Shown: positions 1-9,185, numbered from the stretch's first letter. The stretch is DNA of 32,000 bases from Flavobacteriaceae bacterium (GCA_965224465.1 OZ245049.1:4170001-4202000); one strand, 5' to 3'. Made by a program: numbers and translations. Notes: a model not told the origin generated them from the sequence alone.

Positions 1-52
1 TGATTTTTCTTTTAAAAAAATAATTTCGAGTTGTAATTCATTCCTTTTTATC

Positions 53-100
53 AAAAAAAAACCTGCTAAGAATCAAAGATTCAAGGCAGGTTTATTTTTT
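53..100 (-). terminator. Rho-independent terminator downstream of the M49 peptidase gene
   Basis: AAACCTGC(58-66)/GCAGGTTT(86-93) stem with a 19-nt loop. An A-run precedes it and a T-run follows it, so it is U-tailed on either strand. Confidence 0.5.
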
Positions 101-110
101 TTAAAGAAAC

Positions 111-2144
111 TTAGTTTACACTAGGTAGTGTCGCATAGTTTTTAGCGTAGTACAACATCTGAGTTGTAAAATCAGCTTGTTGAGTTACTTTGATATCGGT
201 AATGTTTCCGTCTTTATCTTTTACAGGAACCAATACAGGGTTGATAAAACCACTATAAGGAGCTGATTTAAATTGACTGTTACGTTCCAGTACTTCTTTG
301 TGTATCGCTTGGTCAACTTTAACTCCGTAGGTTTCTACCAATGCTTTTCCTGCTTCAAAATCTCCTTCAGATTTGATGCGTTGAATTTCACGTAATAATT
401 CACCAAATAAAGTTTGTAATTTTTTATAGTCTCTAATTACAAAATAAGTTTTATTGTTTTTTATTACTTTTTCAATTACAGTGTCTTTAGCTCCTTTTTC
501 AAAAGCCCAAGCAGCTACCAATTGACGGTTACGCATGTGTGCTTCCTCAATATCATCCCCCAATTTTAAACGGATTAATTGTGTTAGCAATCCATTTCTG
601 ATATAGGCGTCAAAGGCTGCTTTTCCGATGCCTTCAGCATTAGGAGAAACACCTAGTTCTACCAGTTTTTTATTTGGTAAATAGTAGAGCCCTACTAAGT
701 CTGCACGTGCTTCTTCTAAAGTAGAAGCATAATTTTTCATGGTTTGTTTTGGTTGACCTACCCCTGGGTTTATTTGCCCACTTGCATGTCCAATAACTTC
801 GTGAAGGGAGGTATGTAGCTTGTCTGCTAACTGTCCGTATTTTAACTCTGCATCAATTTCTGCTTGGTCAAAAGCAAATTCTTTTAAACGTCCAGAACCA
901 CCAGCATTATTGTATGCATTAATAATGTTTCCAAGAGAAACTGACTTTGATCCATGGTGTTGACGGATCCAGTTATTATTTGGTAAATTCACTCCAATAG
1001 GTGTAGAAGGAGAAGAGTCTCCAGATTCACCTGCAGTATTTACAGTTTTGTAGGAAACTCCTACAACATTTGCTTTTTTGTGATTTGGAAATAAAGGAGA
1101 ATTGTCTTCAAACCACTGTGCATTTTCTGACAATACAGACATTTTTTCAGACATGTCAAAATCTTTGATTTGAACTACGGTTTCGTAAGAACCTCTAAAC
1201 GCTTTTGGATCATTATATACTTCAATAAATCCATTTATGATATCAATAGAAATGTCAGTATTGGTTGCCCAAGCGATATTGTATGCGTCCCAAGTTTTAA
1301 GATTTCCTGTTTTATAATAGCTGATTAATAGGTCAAAAGTATGTGCTTGTTCTTTGTTTTCTGCAACTGTTTTTGCTTTTTCTAACCAAGTAATAATTTT
1401 GTCAATAGCTGCTCCGTACATGCCTCCAGATTTCCAAACTTTTTCTTCAAAAGATCCATCTGCATTTTTTATTAATTTTGAGTTCAGTCCATATTCAATG
1501 GGTGTAGCATCGTTTTTGTCCATTTTAGAACTGTAAAAAGCATCAATGTCTGAGGCTGTTACATTCGGAGAGTAGAAGTTAGAAGCGGATCCTATTATAA
1601 GTCCTTTTGAAGCATCTAGATTTACTTTTTTAGCATCTTTATTGTTAAACAAAACGTCAAAAGCTTCTCCTTTCAATATTGTATTGGTTTCTTTTAATAT
1701 ACCAGATAAGTATTCGGCGGAAAATGCAGGTACAAATTTAGCATTTGAATAATGATGGTGGATGCCATTGGCAAACCATATTTTTTTTAGAAAAATCTCG
1801 AAATTTTTCCAGTCTTCAGAAGTTTTGTCCCCTTTATAAGTGGTGTAGACATTTTCTAGTGCTCTTTTAATGGTCAAATTGTGACGGTAGTTTTGGTCAT
1901 AAATAATTTCACGTCCTTCATAACCTGCTTGGGTTAAAAAGTAAACCAGTTTTTTTTGGCGTAAGTCTAAAGCTTCAAATCCTGGGATTTGATACCTTAA
2001 CACTTTGATATCACTGAATTGTTCTACATTGTATTGGAAAGCAGTTTGTTTTTTTGTTACTTCTTCTTCCTTCTTTTGTGTATCGGTACAAGAGAAAAGC
2101 AACGCTATTGCCATTCCAAAAACGGCAGTATATTTTATTTTCAT
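111..2144 (-). CDS. M49 family dipeptidyl-peptidase III-like zinc metallopeptidase (lipoprotein)
   Basis: Carries the HEVIGH (HExxGH) and EEARAD (EExxAE/D) motifs typical of DPP III. The N-terminus MKIKYTAVFGMAIALLFSC is a lipobox signal. The ATG at 2144 is preferred over the TTG at 2171 used by the ORF track. Confidence 0.85.
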   Translation of the reverse strand: MKIKYTAVFGMAIALLFSCTDTQKKEEEVTKKQTAFQYNVEQFSDIKVLRYQIPGFEALDLRQKKLVYFLTQAGYEGREIIYDQNYRHNLTIKRALENVYTTYKGDKTSEDWKNFEIFLKKIWFANGIHHHYSNAKFVPAFSAEYLSGILKETNTILKGEAFDVLFNNKDAKKVNLDASKGLIIGSASNFYSPNVTASDIDAFYSSKMDKNDATPIEYGLNSKLIKNADGSFEEKVWKSGGMYGAAIDKIITWLEKAKTVAENKEQAHTFDLLISYYKTGNLKTWDAYNIAWATNTDISIDIINGFIEVYNDPKAFRGSYETVVQIKDFDMSEKMSVLSENAQWFEDNSPLFPNHKKANVVGVSYKTVNTAGESGDSSPSTPIGVNLPNNNWIRQHHGSKSVSLGNIINAYNNAGGSGRLKEFAFDQAEIDAELKYGQLADKLHTSLHEVIGHASGQINPGVGQPKQTMKNYASTLEEARADLVGLYYLPNKKLVELGVSPNAEGIGKAAFDAYIRNGLLTQLIRLKLGDDIEEAHMRNRQLVAAWAFEKGAKDTVIEKVIKNNKTYFVIRDYKKLQTLFGELLREIQRIKSEGDFEAGKALVETYGVKVDQAIHKEVLERNSQFKSAPYSGFINPVLVPVKDKDGNITDIKVTQQADFTTQMLYYAKNYATLPSVN

Positions 2145-2237
2145 TGTAAATAATTTAGGATTGAATTTCAAAAGTACTTAAAACCAACAATAATTTTATA
2201 AATTAGCCTTTAAAAATCAATTAAATTCTTTGTAAAA

Positions 2238-3242
2238 ATGAAAATTCTAAAATATGTACTGTTGTTTGTGTTGATTATTGTGGTGGCGGGTGCTGTTTAT
2301 CTAGGGTCTTTGGACGGTACATATGATGTGAGTAGGAGTTGCACAATTAAAGCGCCATTGTCAATGACTTTTAGAACTGTTAATGAATTTAAGACTTGGG
2401 GAGACTGGGGGCCGTGGAAAGAAAAAGATAGTACTATTGTTTATCGTTTTTCTGCAATAACCTCTGGAGAAAATGCGTCGTATTCATGGACAGGGATCGA
2501 TCCTGAAAAAGGTGAAATGCGCAATGTATCTGTTGTAAAAAACAAAGAGATATTGCAAAAGATAAAAATGGATGATTTGGATGAATTTGATGTTTATTGG
2601 GAATTTGAAGAGGTAGCTGAAGGCACAAAAGTAACTTGGGGTATGAAAGGAGAAATGCCTTTTATTGCACGGTGGATGGCTGCTAGCATGGATCAGAAAA
2701 TTGGACCGATGTACGAGCGAGGTTTTGAATTGCTAGAGGAATATTTACTTCTTAAAATGGAGGAGCACAGTGTAGCGTTTAATTCCGAAGTAGATTATGG
2801 AGGTGGCTTTTACCTGTATTTGACAACTTCATGTACAATTGCCCAGATCCCTGATAAAATGGAAGAAATGATGCCTGTAATTCAAAAATACGTTGATGAT
2901 CATGCGATTGTTACTTCGGGAAATCCTTTTAATATGTACCATAAATGGGACGAAGAAAATAAAACGACGATGTTCTCCGTAGGGATACCTGTTAGAGAGC
3001 GTGTGAAGACAGATGGGACGGTGTTGATAGGTTTTCGAAAACCGATAAAAACAGCTCGATTTATTGCGAATGGAGATTATAAGTTTGGAAAGGAAGCATG
3101 GGAGTTTGCGTTTAAAACAGTCGCAGAAATGGGCTTAAAAATGCCGGAAAACGCAGAACCATTTGAGGTCTACTTAACCTCTCCTACAACCACAAAAAAT
3201 CCAGCGGATTATGTAACGGAAATCTATTTACCATTGGAATAG
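2238..3242 (+). CDS. Membrane-anchored SRPBCC-like / GyrI-like (effector-binding) two-domain protein
   Basis: 334-aa ORF with an N-terminal TM anchor. The W-rich N-terminal half looks SRPBCC-like and the C-terminal half looks GyrI-like. Assignment is by sequence resemblance only. Confidence 0.55.
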   Translation: MKILKYVLLFVLIIVVAGAVYLGSLDGTYDVSRSCTIKAPLSMTFRTVNEFKTWGDWGPWKEKDSTIVYRFSAITSGENASYSWTGIDPEKGEMRNVSVVKNKEILQKIKMDDLDEFDVYWEFEEVAEGTKVTWGMKGEMPFIARWMAASMDQKIGPMYERGFELLEEYLLLKMEEHSVAFNSEVDYGGGFYLYLTTSCTIAQIPDKMEEMMPVIQKYVDDHAIVTSGNPFNMYHKWDEENKTTMFSVGIPVRERVKTDGTVLIGFRKPIKTARFIANGDYKFGKEAWEFAFKTVAEMGLKMPENAEPFEVYLTSPTTTKNPADYVTEIYLPLE

Positions 3243-3400
3243 TGGGTTTTGTGGATATACGGGTGTTTGAATGTGTTTTTAAAAGAGAGGCTATAAACAG
3301 TGTTGTTTTTGGAATACTTGCTTTTTAGTTTTCCTGTAAGAAAGTAAGGTTTAGTACGTGTTAGTTTTTTGGTTTATAACCACGAGTCACCATCTATTAA

Positions 3401-3970
3401 TTATTCCTGCACTTCCTTATGGCGGTAACATGCTACATCGTGGTCGTTGATCATACCTGTAGCTTGCATATAAGCGTAAATAACGGTAGAACCTATAAAT
3501 TTAAAACCACGTTTTTTTAAATCTTTTGATATTTTGTCGGATAAACCGGTATTTGCAGGAACTTCTGACTGGTTTTTCCAATTGTTTTGGATGGGTGTGT
3601 TTTGGACAAATCCCCATATATATGTACTGAAAGATCCAAATTCTTCTTGAATTTTTAGATAAGCTTGTGCATTGGAAATACTAGATTTTATCTTAAGTTT
3701 ATTTCTTATAATTCCTGAGTTTTGTAACAAAGAATTGTATTTCTCCTCCCCGTAGTTGGCTATTTTTTTATAATCAAAATGATCAAAAGCAGTGCTGAAA
3801 TTTTTTCTTTTTCTGAGTATCGTAATCCAACTGAGACCTGCTTGGAATGTTTCTAAGATTAGAAATTCGAATAATTTATCTTCATTGCGTTGAGGAGTTC
3901 CCCATTCGGTGTCATGGTATTTAATGTATAAAGGATCATCTTTACACCAAGCGCATCTTTTTTTTGTCAT
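3401..3970 (-). CDS. tag: DNA-3-methyladenine glycosylase I
   Basis: The N-terminus RCAWCKDDPLYIKYHDTEWGTP and overall length (189 aa) are characteristic of Tag, including its zinc-snap Cys/His residues. Confidence 0.9.
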   Translation of the reverse strand: MTKKRCAWCKDDPLYIKYHDTEWGTPQRNEDKLFEFLILETFQAGLSWITILRKRKNFSTAFDHFDYKKIANYGEEKYNSLLQNSGIIRNKLKIKSSISNAQAYLKIQEEFGSFSTYIWGFVQNTPIQNNWKNQSEVPANTGLSDKISKDLKKRGFKFIGSTVIYAYMQATGMINDHDVACYRHKEVQE

Positions 3971-4099
3971 AGTTTTTTTTTGATTCCTCGATGTTTGACA
4001 ATCGAAGTTGTTGGTTTTGGATTGTGCTAAAGATACGATTCTTTTGTTTTGTGAGAACGGAATAATTTTTGTTATCTTTAATGTATAAAATCCTGTGTT

Positions 4100-4501
4100 A
4101 TGAGATATATAGCTTTCTTTTTTATGATGATTTTTACAGTTTCTAGTTGTGTGTCTACGACTAAAACTGTTGATAGATCCAATAAGTTACCTGAACATGC
4201 AGTGCGAATCGCGAATGATGCATTGGCATATGAAATTATTATTATTGATATTGGTTTTGATAGGTATTTACATTCCATTGCTAAACCTGCTAATTTTCAC
4301 TCACAATCTTATTATGAGCAAAAAAATATTTTTTATGTCTCCGAGTGGAATATTAGAGCAAGCAATCCTATGAGATACGACCCTAATTTGTATGAAAACC
4401 AAATTGATTATAGGCAAGGTGTTGATTATGGGATGGATGTAAATTACAAATTGTATACTTATTTTAAGTTTGTAGAGTACAAATATAAAGTTAGGTTTTG
4501 A
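4100..4501 (+). CDS. Small conserved hypothetical lipoprotein
   Basis: 133-aa ORF with lipobox FTVSSC. It is followed by a strong terminator. Confidence 0.6.
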   Translation: MRYIAFFFMMIFTVSSCVSTTKTVDRSNKLPEHAVRIANDALAYEIIIIDIGFDRYLHSIAKPANFHSQSYYEQKNIFYVSEWNIRASNPMRYDPNLYENQIDYRQGVDYGMDVNYKLYTYFKFVEYKYKVRF

Positions 4502-4520
4502 TAGGATACCTATAAAAAAA

Positions 4521-4548
4521 CGCCCTCTTTAAAAGGAGGGCATTTTTT
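4521..4548. terminator. Bidirectional rho-independent terminator between convergent genes
   Basis: GCCCTC(4522-4527)/GAGGGC(4536-4541) stem, with an A-run upstream and a T-run downstream. Confidence 0.65.
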
Positions 4549-4582
4549 ATATGAAACAATTAGTAAAGAAGTGTATTTGGTA

Positions 4583-5878
4583 TTATTTTACCCAAGCATC
4601 AATAATAGAATAGATGTTTTGTTGTTGTTGTTGATTGAAAGAATTGATGCGCGTTTTATGGCTTCCATTTTTGTGTACAAATTTGTACATCTCACGTTGT
4701 TTTGGGTCGTTTCTTAATTGTACCGCTGTGGAACTCCATGCGTCTTTTTCTCCGTAGATAAATAGCATTTTATGAGCAAAATTATTTAGGAAATAATCAA
4801 TTTCTTGCATTGGTTTTTCGTCAAATTTTATAGTGATGCCTTCTGGAAAAGCCCAATCAAAAGTATAAATTTTATCTGTGTTTAAATATTTTTGAAAAGG
4901 TTTGGTTTCGTAGCCATAAATACCCTGTTGGGTTAGTGCAGCCCAAAAATAAGGTTGTAAGTTTGTAACTCCTTGCTCTTCAAAAAAGGAATACCCTGAA
5001 ACGGTTATTAGGTGTTTGTATATTTCTTGAATGCTGGCATCTTTATTGGGAATTCTTTTAAGAGAACTTCCCCATTGCCAAAAAGCAAAAGAGTATTCTA
5101 GAATGCTATAATCAAGGGCTTTTTCAATACCAAATTCCCAAGTGTATTTTTCTGTTTTAGCTACTTTTTTAAATTGCTTTAAAAGTGCGGCTCTATTTTC
5201 AAAACATAATTTTTGAAAGTTTTCTATCTGTTCACGCTCTTTTTCGTTTCCGACTGTTTTTAAAAAACGGAAAACACGTGGGTCTTCACGTTTAAAGTTT
5301 AAAGGACCTACATAACAAACAGAGGCGTCCACATTGTTTGGGAAGAAACGACGATGTGCCATGGTTGTTTGGCAGCCTTTAGAAATCCCTGTGGTTACAA
5401 ATTTAGCAGTAGGATAGATGGCTTTTCGTACAGCGCTGATAATGCGTTCTTGGTCTTTGGCTGCATTTTCTATGGTAAGAGTGAGCCAGTCTATTTTTTT
5501 AGGGCGCGAATTGTTGAAATAGCGATGTTCAATAGTTAGTTGATTGGCTTGGTAATGATTGGCTAATTCTCCTGCCTTATTGGTGTAAATTCCATAGCCT
5601 TGTAATTCAACAATTACTGGTTTATCGGGGTTAACATATCCAATTAAAACGCGTTGTTTGAACGTGCCTTTTTCGAGGTCTGTATAATCGATGGGTTGTG
5701 TGAACCAAAGTTCGTAATTGGTGTTAAAATGACTTGTTTTTGTTGTTTCTATTGCGCTTGTTACAATAGGTATGTTTTGTAGTTTTTCTAAGATGGATGA
5801 TTGCGTCTCTTGTGAAAAACCTGCAATGCTATATAGCAAAAAAGATAAGAAGAGAATTTTGGGTGTTTTAATGTTCAT
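4583..5878 (-). CDS. Secreted alpha/beta-hydrolase serine peptidase (S28/S37-like aminopeptidase)
   Basis: 431 aa with a signal peptide and a GxSxG nucleophile elbow (GISKG). It lies 19 bp downstream of the proline-racemase-family gene in the same operon. Confidence 0.65.
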   Translation of the reverse strand: MNIKTPKILFLSFLLYSIAGFSQETQSSILEKLQNIPIVTSAIETTKTSHFNTNYELWFTQPIDYTDLEKGTFKQRVLIGYVNPDKPVIVELQGYGIYTNKAGELANHYQANQLTIEHRYFNNSRPKKIDWLTLTIENAAKDQERIISAVRKAIYPTAKFVTTGISKGCQTTMAHRRFFPNNVDASVCYVGPLNFKREDPRVFRFLKTVGNEKEREQIENFQKLCFENRAALLKQFKKVAKTEKYTWEFGIEKALDYSILEYSFAFWQWGSSLKRIPNKDASIQEIYKHLITVSGYSFFEEQGVTNLQPYFWAALTQQGIYGYETKPFQKYLNTDKIYTFDWAFPEGITIKFDEKPMQEIDYFLNNFAHKMLFIYGEKDAWSSTAVQLRNDPKQREMYKFVHKNGSHKTRINSFNQQQQQNIYSIIDAWVK

Positions 5879-5897
5879 ATGCTTGTTTTAAATTTAT

Positions 5898-6977
5898 TTA
5901 TCTTAAAATAAACCCGTTTTTCATCGGGTCGTTTGGATCTATCATAAAGGTATTTGTTCCAGTAATATGTGCGGTGCCTTCTACTTGTGGAATTACAGCG
6001 GTGAATGGACCGTATTTTTCTTCTGAAATTACAGAACCTGAAATTACAGAACCTAAAAATACAGAATTTGTAATACTTTCGATGCTCATTTTTTGGTTAA
6101 AATCTATTTCTTTTCTTTTTTTATGAATAGCCATTCTTCCAGCTACGCCAGATCCAGTAGGGCATCGGTCTACTTCTCCATCGGCAAAGATGCATACATT
6201 TCTACTATCCACTCCTTTATTCTTGGAACTGTCAATAAATATAGTGCCATACAGTTCACTCATTTCATCTTCAAATGGATGTAGGATTTCAAGGTCTTTT
6301 TTAATGACTTCCTGTTTGATGTCCATGCCTGTTTTTATAAGCGTTTGATAGTTTTTGAGAGATAAATCAAAATCAAAATTATTTTTTTGTAAATCTACAT
6401 AGGCATAAAATGCCCCTCCGTACGCTAGGTCGTAAGTGATTTCTCCTATTTTTGGGAGTATTATTTTCCTGTCTAATCCGACTACAAAACTTGGGACGCA
6501 GTGAAATCGTACACCTGTTACTATCCCGTTTTTAACATTGGTATAAGAAATAATTCTACCACAAGGAGCATCTATTTTAAGTGTGTTTTCTCCTTCCTTA
6601 ACTGTGATCCAATTTAGGGTAATAGCGAGTGTTGAAATAGCGATTATGGCATGTCCACACATGGTGGAATAGCCTTGGTTGTGTAAGAATAGGATGCCAA
6701 AATCTCCTTCGTCATCGTTTGGAGGTGTTAGAATGCATCCGTACATGTCTGTATGTCCTCTAGGTTCAAATAGAAGAGCGGTACGCAATAGGTCAAAGTT
6801 TTTTTTACAGTAATTACGGTATTCTAACACTGTATTTCCTTTTAATTGAGGGAAACCATCTAGAATAACACGCAATGGTTCGCCTCCTGTATGCATGTCT
6901 ATGGTTTTTATTTGCATCCAATTGGAAGGAGGGGAGAACTGTGTATTTGATAGGATGTTTTGGTGCGTGGTTTTCAT
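5898..6977 (-). CDS. Proline racemase family enzyme, predicted trans-3-hydroxy-L-proline dehydratase (Cys/Thr type)
   Basis: Family motifs MHTGGEPLRVI, STMCGHA (first catalytic Cys) and DRCPTGSG are present. In the last motif Thr replaces the second catalytic Cys. The ATGA start/stop overlap with the upstream OCD-like gene indicates translational coupling. Confidence 0.75.
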   Translation of the reverse strand: MKTTHQNILSNTQFSPPSNWMQIKTIDMHTGGEPLRVILDGFPQLKGNTVLEYRNYCKKNFDLLRTALLFEPRGHTDMYGCILTPPNDDEGDFGILFLHNQGYSTMCGHAIIAISTLAITLNWITVKEGENTLKIDAPCGRIISYTNVKNGIVTGVRFHCVPSFVVGLDRKIILPKIGEITYDLAYGGAFYAYVDLQKNNFDFDLSLKNYQTLIKTGMDIKQEVIKKDLEILHPFEDEMSELYGTIFIDSSKNKGVDSRNVCIFADGEVDRCPTGSGVAGRMAIHKKRKEIDFNQKMSIESITNSVFLGSVISGSVISEEKYGPFTAVIPQVEGTAHITGTNTFMIDPNDPMKNGFILR

Positions 6978-7936
6978 AGTTTCTCCATGTATTTAGTGTA
7001 ATAATAAGAGGCAGCAGTAAGATCTTCTAGGGCATGGCCTACAGATTTGAATAAGGTGATTTCTTTGTCGTTTTTCCTAGCAAATTTATTGGTACTGCAC
7101 AAAGAAAATAAATCCTCTAAAATATTCTTTTTTGTAATGCTGTTCTCTTTTAAAGGAATTACAATATCTCCAGATTCTCTAAGACCTGCTTCGAATGTAT
7201 CTACATAAAGGCTTGCTTTTTTTATTAAATCGGTATCAGATTCGCGCATGGTTGGTTTGTAAGCACCAACAAGGTCTATGTGCGTACCTGGTTTTATAAA
7301 GTCTCCCAATATAAGTGGTGTTTCTGAGAGTGTAGCACATGATATAATAGCAACATGAGCTGCGGTTTCTTTTATGGAAGAAACAGGAGTACAGGTGAAA
7401 TCTTCGTTTTTTAATTGATTGCAAATACGGCGTGCTTTTTCTAGCGTTCGTCCCCAAACGAATACCTCTTTAATGGGGCGTACACTTGCGTGTGCTAAAA
7501 TCAGGTTGCTGGATAAGGCGCCAGTTCCAACCATGAGTAGTGAGGAGGCGTCCTTTTTTGATAAATAGCTAGAAGCTAGAGCAGATGCTGCAGCTGTGCG
7601 TTTTGCCGTGAGTTCCTGTGCGTCTAAAATGGCTTTAATATGTCCAAATTGTGCGTCTAAATAAATGTATGTTCCTTGGATGGAGGGCAATTTATAGATC
7701 CCATTGTTAGGGCTTACTGTTACGATTTTGACTCCAACTTCTTTGCCAGGGTTCCATGCAGGCATTAATAGTAAGGTACTGTCTTTTTTTTCGAGAGGGT
7801 TCTCAAAATCGTGATGATGGCGTGGAGGTACATTAATAGTTGCTTCTGAGAAGTTTTTTTTAAGTGCGGCAATCAATTCTTTGAAATGGGTGTTGTTTTT
7901 TATAAAAACACCGTTTATAAGCTGTACGTTCTCCAT
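6974..7936 (-). CDS. Ornithine cyclodeaminase/mu-crystallin family protein, likely delta1-pyrroline-2-carboxylate reductase
   Basis: 320 aa with a Rossmann motif MVGTGALS and OCD/mu-crystallin-like sequence throughout. It is translationally coupled to the dehydratase gene. Confidence 0.75.
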   Translation of the reverse strand: MENVQLINGVFIKNNTHFKELIAALKKNFSEATINVPPRHHHDFENPLEKKDSTLLLMPAWNPGKEVGVKIVTVSPNNGIYKLPSIQGTYIYLDAQFGHIKAILDAQELTAKRTAAASALASSYLSKKDASSLLMVGTGALSSNLILAHASVRPIKEVFVWGRTLEKARRICNQLKNEDFTCTPVSSIKETAAHVAIISCATLSETPLILGDFIKPGTHIDLVGAYKPTMRESDTDLIKKASLYVDTFEAGLRESGDIVIPLKENSITKKNILEDLFSLCSTNKFARKNDKEITLFKSVGHALEDLTAASYYYTKYMEKL

Positions 7937-8347
7937 TCTCCTAAATTTTTCTTTAAAAATATGAATTTATTTCAGCACGTGTTACTAAGGGGGTAAGATA
8001 AGATTGTTTTTGGCTAGTTTAGTTTCATTTTGAACCCGATTTACAGCTTGGTTTCTACGGCTTTAATTGCGTTTGTTATGTTCTAAATTGTGAAGGAATT
8101 TTTAAGACAATGTTAAAAGTGTTAAAATTACATTTAAAAAGTCGTCGAAGTACGATTTGCCATAAAAATGGAGCAACTTTAAAAAGGATGTTCTATTGAT
8201 AGTTCCATAGAGTAAAAGTTGAGTAATTCTCAGAGCTATTTCTCTTTTGCTGTTTTTTATGGAATGAAAATCGTAAAATATCCCTTGTAAAATGTTAATA
8301 CCGTATTAAATTATTAAAATAAGTGTTTTTAATTGTGAAAAACGTAA

Positions 8348-8355
8348 TATCTTTG
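8348..8355 (+). promoter_or_regulatory. Candidate Bacteroidota -7 promoter box (TAnnTTTG)
   Basis: TATCTTTG lies 72 nt upstream of the small-ORF ATG. No well-spaced -33 TTTG was found. Confidence 0.3.
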
Positions 8356-8426
8356 CAGTGCGAAAGAAAAAGAATATAGAATTCGTAAAAAGAATTCGGC
8401 TAACAAACAAATAAAAGAGTACTATT

Positions 8427-8561
8427 ATGAAAGCGTTAAAGAAACAATTTGGTTTATTAAACGAAACGTTGAACGGAGCTCCTAAAGGAAAAGGAAACTT
8501 TGTAAGAATTGAGAATGCAAAACGTTCTGTATGGAACAATAAAAGAAGGTTCGGCCTATGA
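8427..8561 (+). CDS. Unlisted small basic protein, 44 aa (MKALKKQFGLLNETLNGAPKGKGNFVRIENAKRSVWNNKRRFGL)
   Basis: ATG-initiated ORF below the 60-aa cut-off of the ORF track. It is bracketed by a -7-like box and a hairpin plus T7 terminator. No family was recognised. Confidence 0.35.
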   Translation: MKALKKQFGLLNETLNGAPKGKGNFVRIENAKRSVWNNKRRFGL

Positions 8562-8601
8562 TAATATAGATATTAAACTTTGGAAATTATTTGGATAAAA
8601 A

Positions 8602-8629
8602 CCTGCGTATTAGATATGTGGGTTTTTTT
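8602..8629 (+). terminator. Candidate rho-independent terminator
   Basis: 9-bp stem CCTGCGTAT/ATATGTGGG (3 G-U pairs) with a 3-nt loop, followed by T7. Confidence 0.4.
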
Positions 8630-9056
8630 ATGTCCATTTTTTTGAAGACTTTTAAAACGTATTTGCTTGAGATTTTAATAGCATACGCCCTTTTTATTCT
8701 TGTACAAGTAAAATTTTTCTTCGGTACTTTGTTTTCTATGTGCTTTACATGGATAATATGGTTTGTGTCAGCCATCAATTTTTTGAAGTACTTATACAAT
8801 TACAATCCAAAATAACCGATATAAATAGGTTGTTTTACGTTCTAGCGTTGTTAAAAAATAGAACAATAACTATGGCTATCCATTCATTTTTCGCCTAGCT
8901 AAAACAAAAATAATTCCATTTCTAAACCGTCACTTGAAAAATGTAGTTGGTATAACAGAATTGTTGTTATGCCAATAATTATAGGACTACCTGTTTGTTG
9001 TGTTCTTGCTGTGTTAAGATGGTATAAGTAGGAAATGGAATGTTGTTGGTTTACGA

Positions 9057-9154
9057 GATTCCGCATTAGGGATAGCAGTGGAAAGCCCGTATGCCACTTT
9101 GTGGCAACGTACTTGAAACGGATAGCCCGACGGACCGATAGGGACGGAATGCCC
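9057..9154 (-). repeat. GC-rich structured element, family 'X', copy 1 (possible ncRNA or REP-type element)
   Basis: Minus-strand sequence is GGGCATTCCG...CGGGCTATCCG...TGCCAC-AAA-GTGGCA hairpin...CACTGCTATCCCTAATGCGGAAT. ATTCCG and CGGAAT can close the element. It shares three conserved blocks with 21237-21352. GC content is far above the surroundings, and the overlapping 85-aa ORF looks non-coding. Confidence 0.45.
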
Positions 9155-9185
9155 AAAAAAAAATCCGCTCATTGCTGAACGGATT
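9155..9185 (-). terminator. Rho-independent terminator of the M20 peptidase gene
   Basis: On the minus strand, an imperfect hairpin TCCG-TTCA...TGAG-CGGA is followed by T9. Confidence 0.55.

Noticed and set aside
1354-1536. Short antisense or alternative-frame ORFs nested in long genes (e.g. 1354-1536, 2434-2628, 5354-5539, 6093-6284, 7236-7457, 9506-9739, 13088-13339, 13708-13950, 16003-16194, 16610-16870, 19020-19414, 20480-20662, 22363-22557, 24695-24886, 26507-27082, 27584-28478, 29867-30076, 31041-31480).
   Set aside because: Each is embedded in a longer ORF with clear family motifs. This is typical shadow-ORF noise.
8587-8815. Overlapping 70-aa (-) and 74-aa (+) ORFs; the + frame encodes a hydrophobic 61-aa peptide from ATG 8630.
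   Set aside because: The + ORF starts inside the T-tract of the preceding terminator with no promoter. The minus ORF is Lys-rich and low-complexity. Either could be real, but the evidence is insufficient.
8899-9156. 85-aa minus-strand ORF from the ORF track; also considered RNase P RNA, tmRNA, SRP RNA and a cobalamin riboswitch.
   Set aside because: The ORF overlaps a GC-rich hairpin-forming repeat and has an implausible composition. The P4 GGAAAGUCC/ACAGAA pairing, the tmRNA tag and CCA end, SRP domain IV and the B12 box are all absent. No downstream gene fits a riboswitch.
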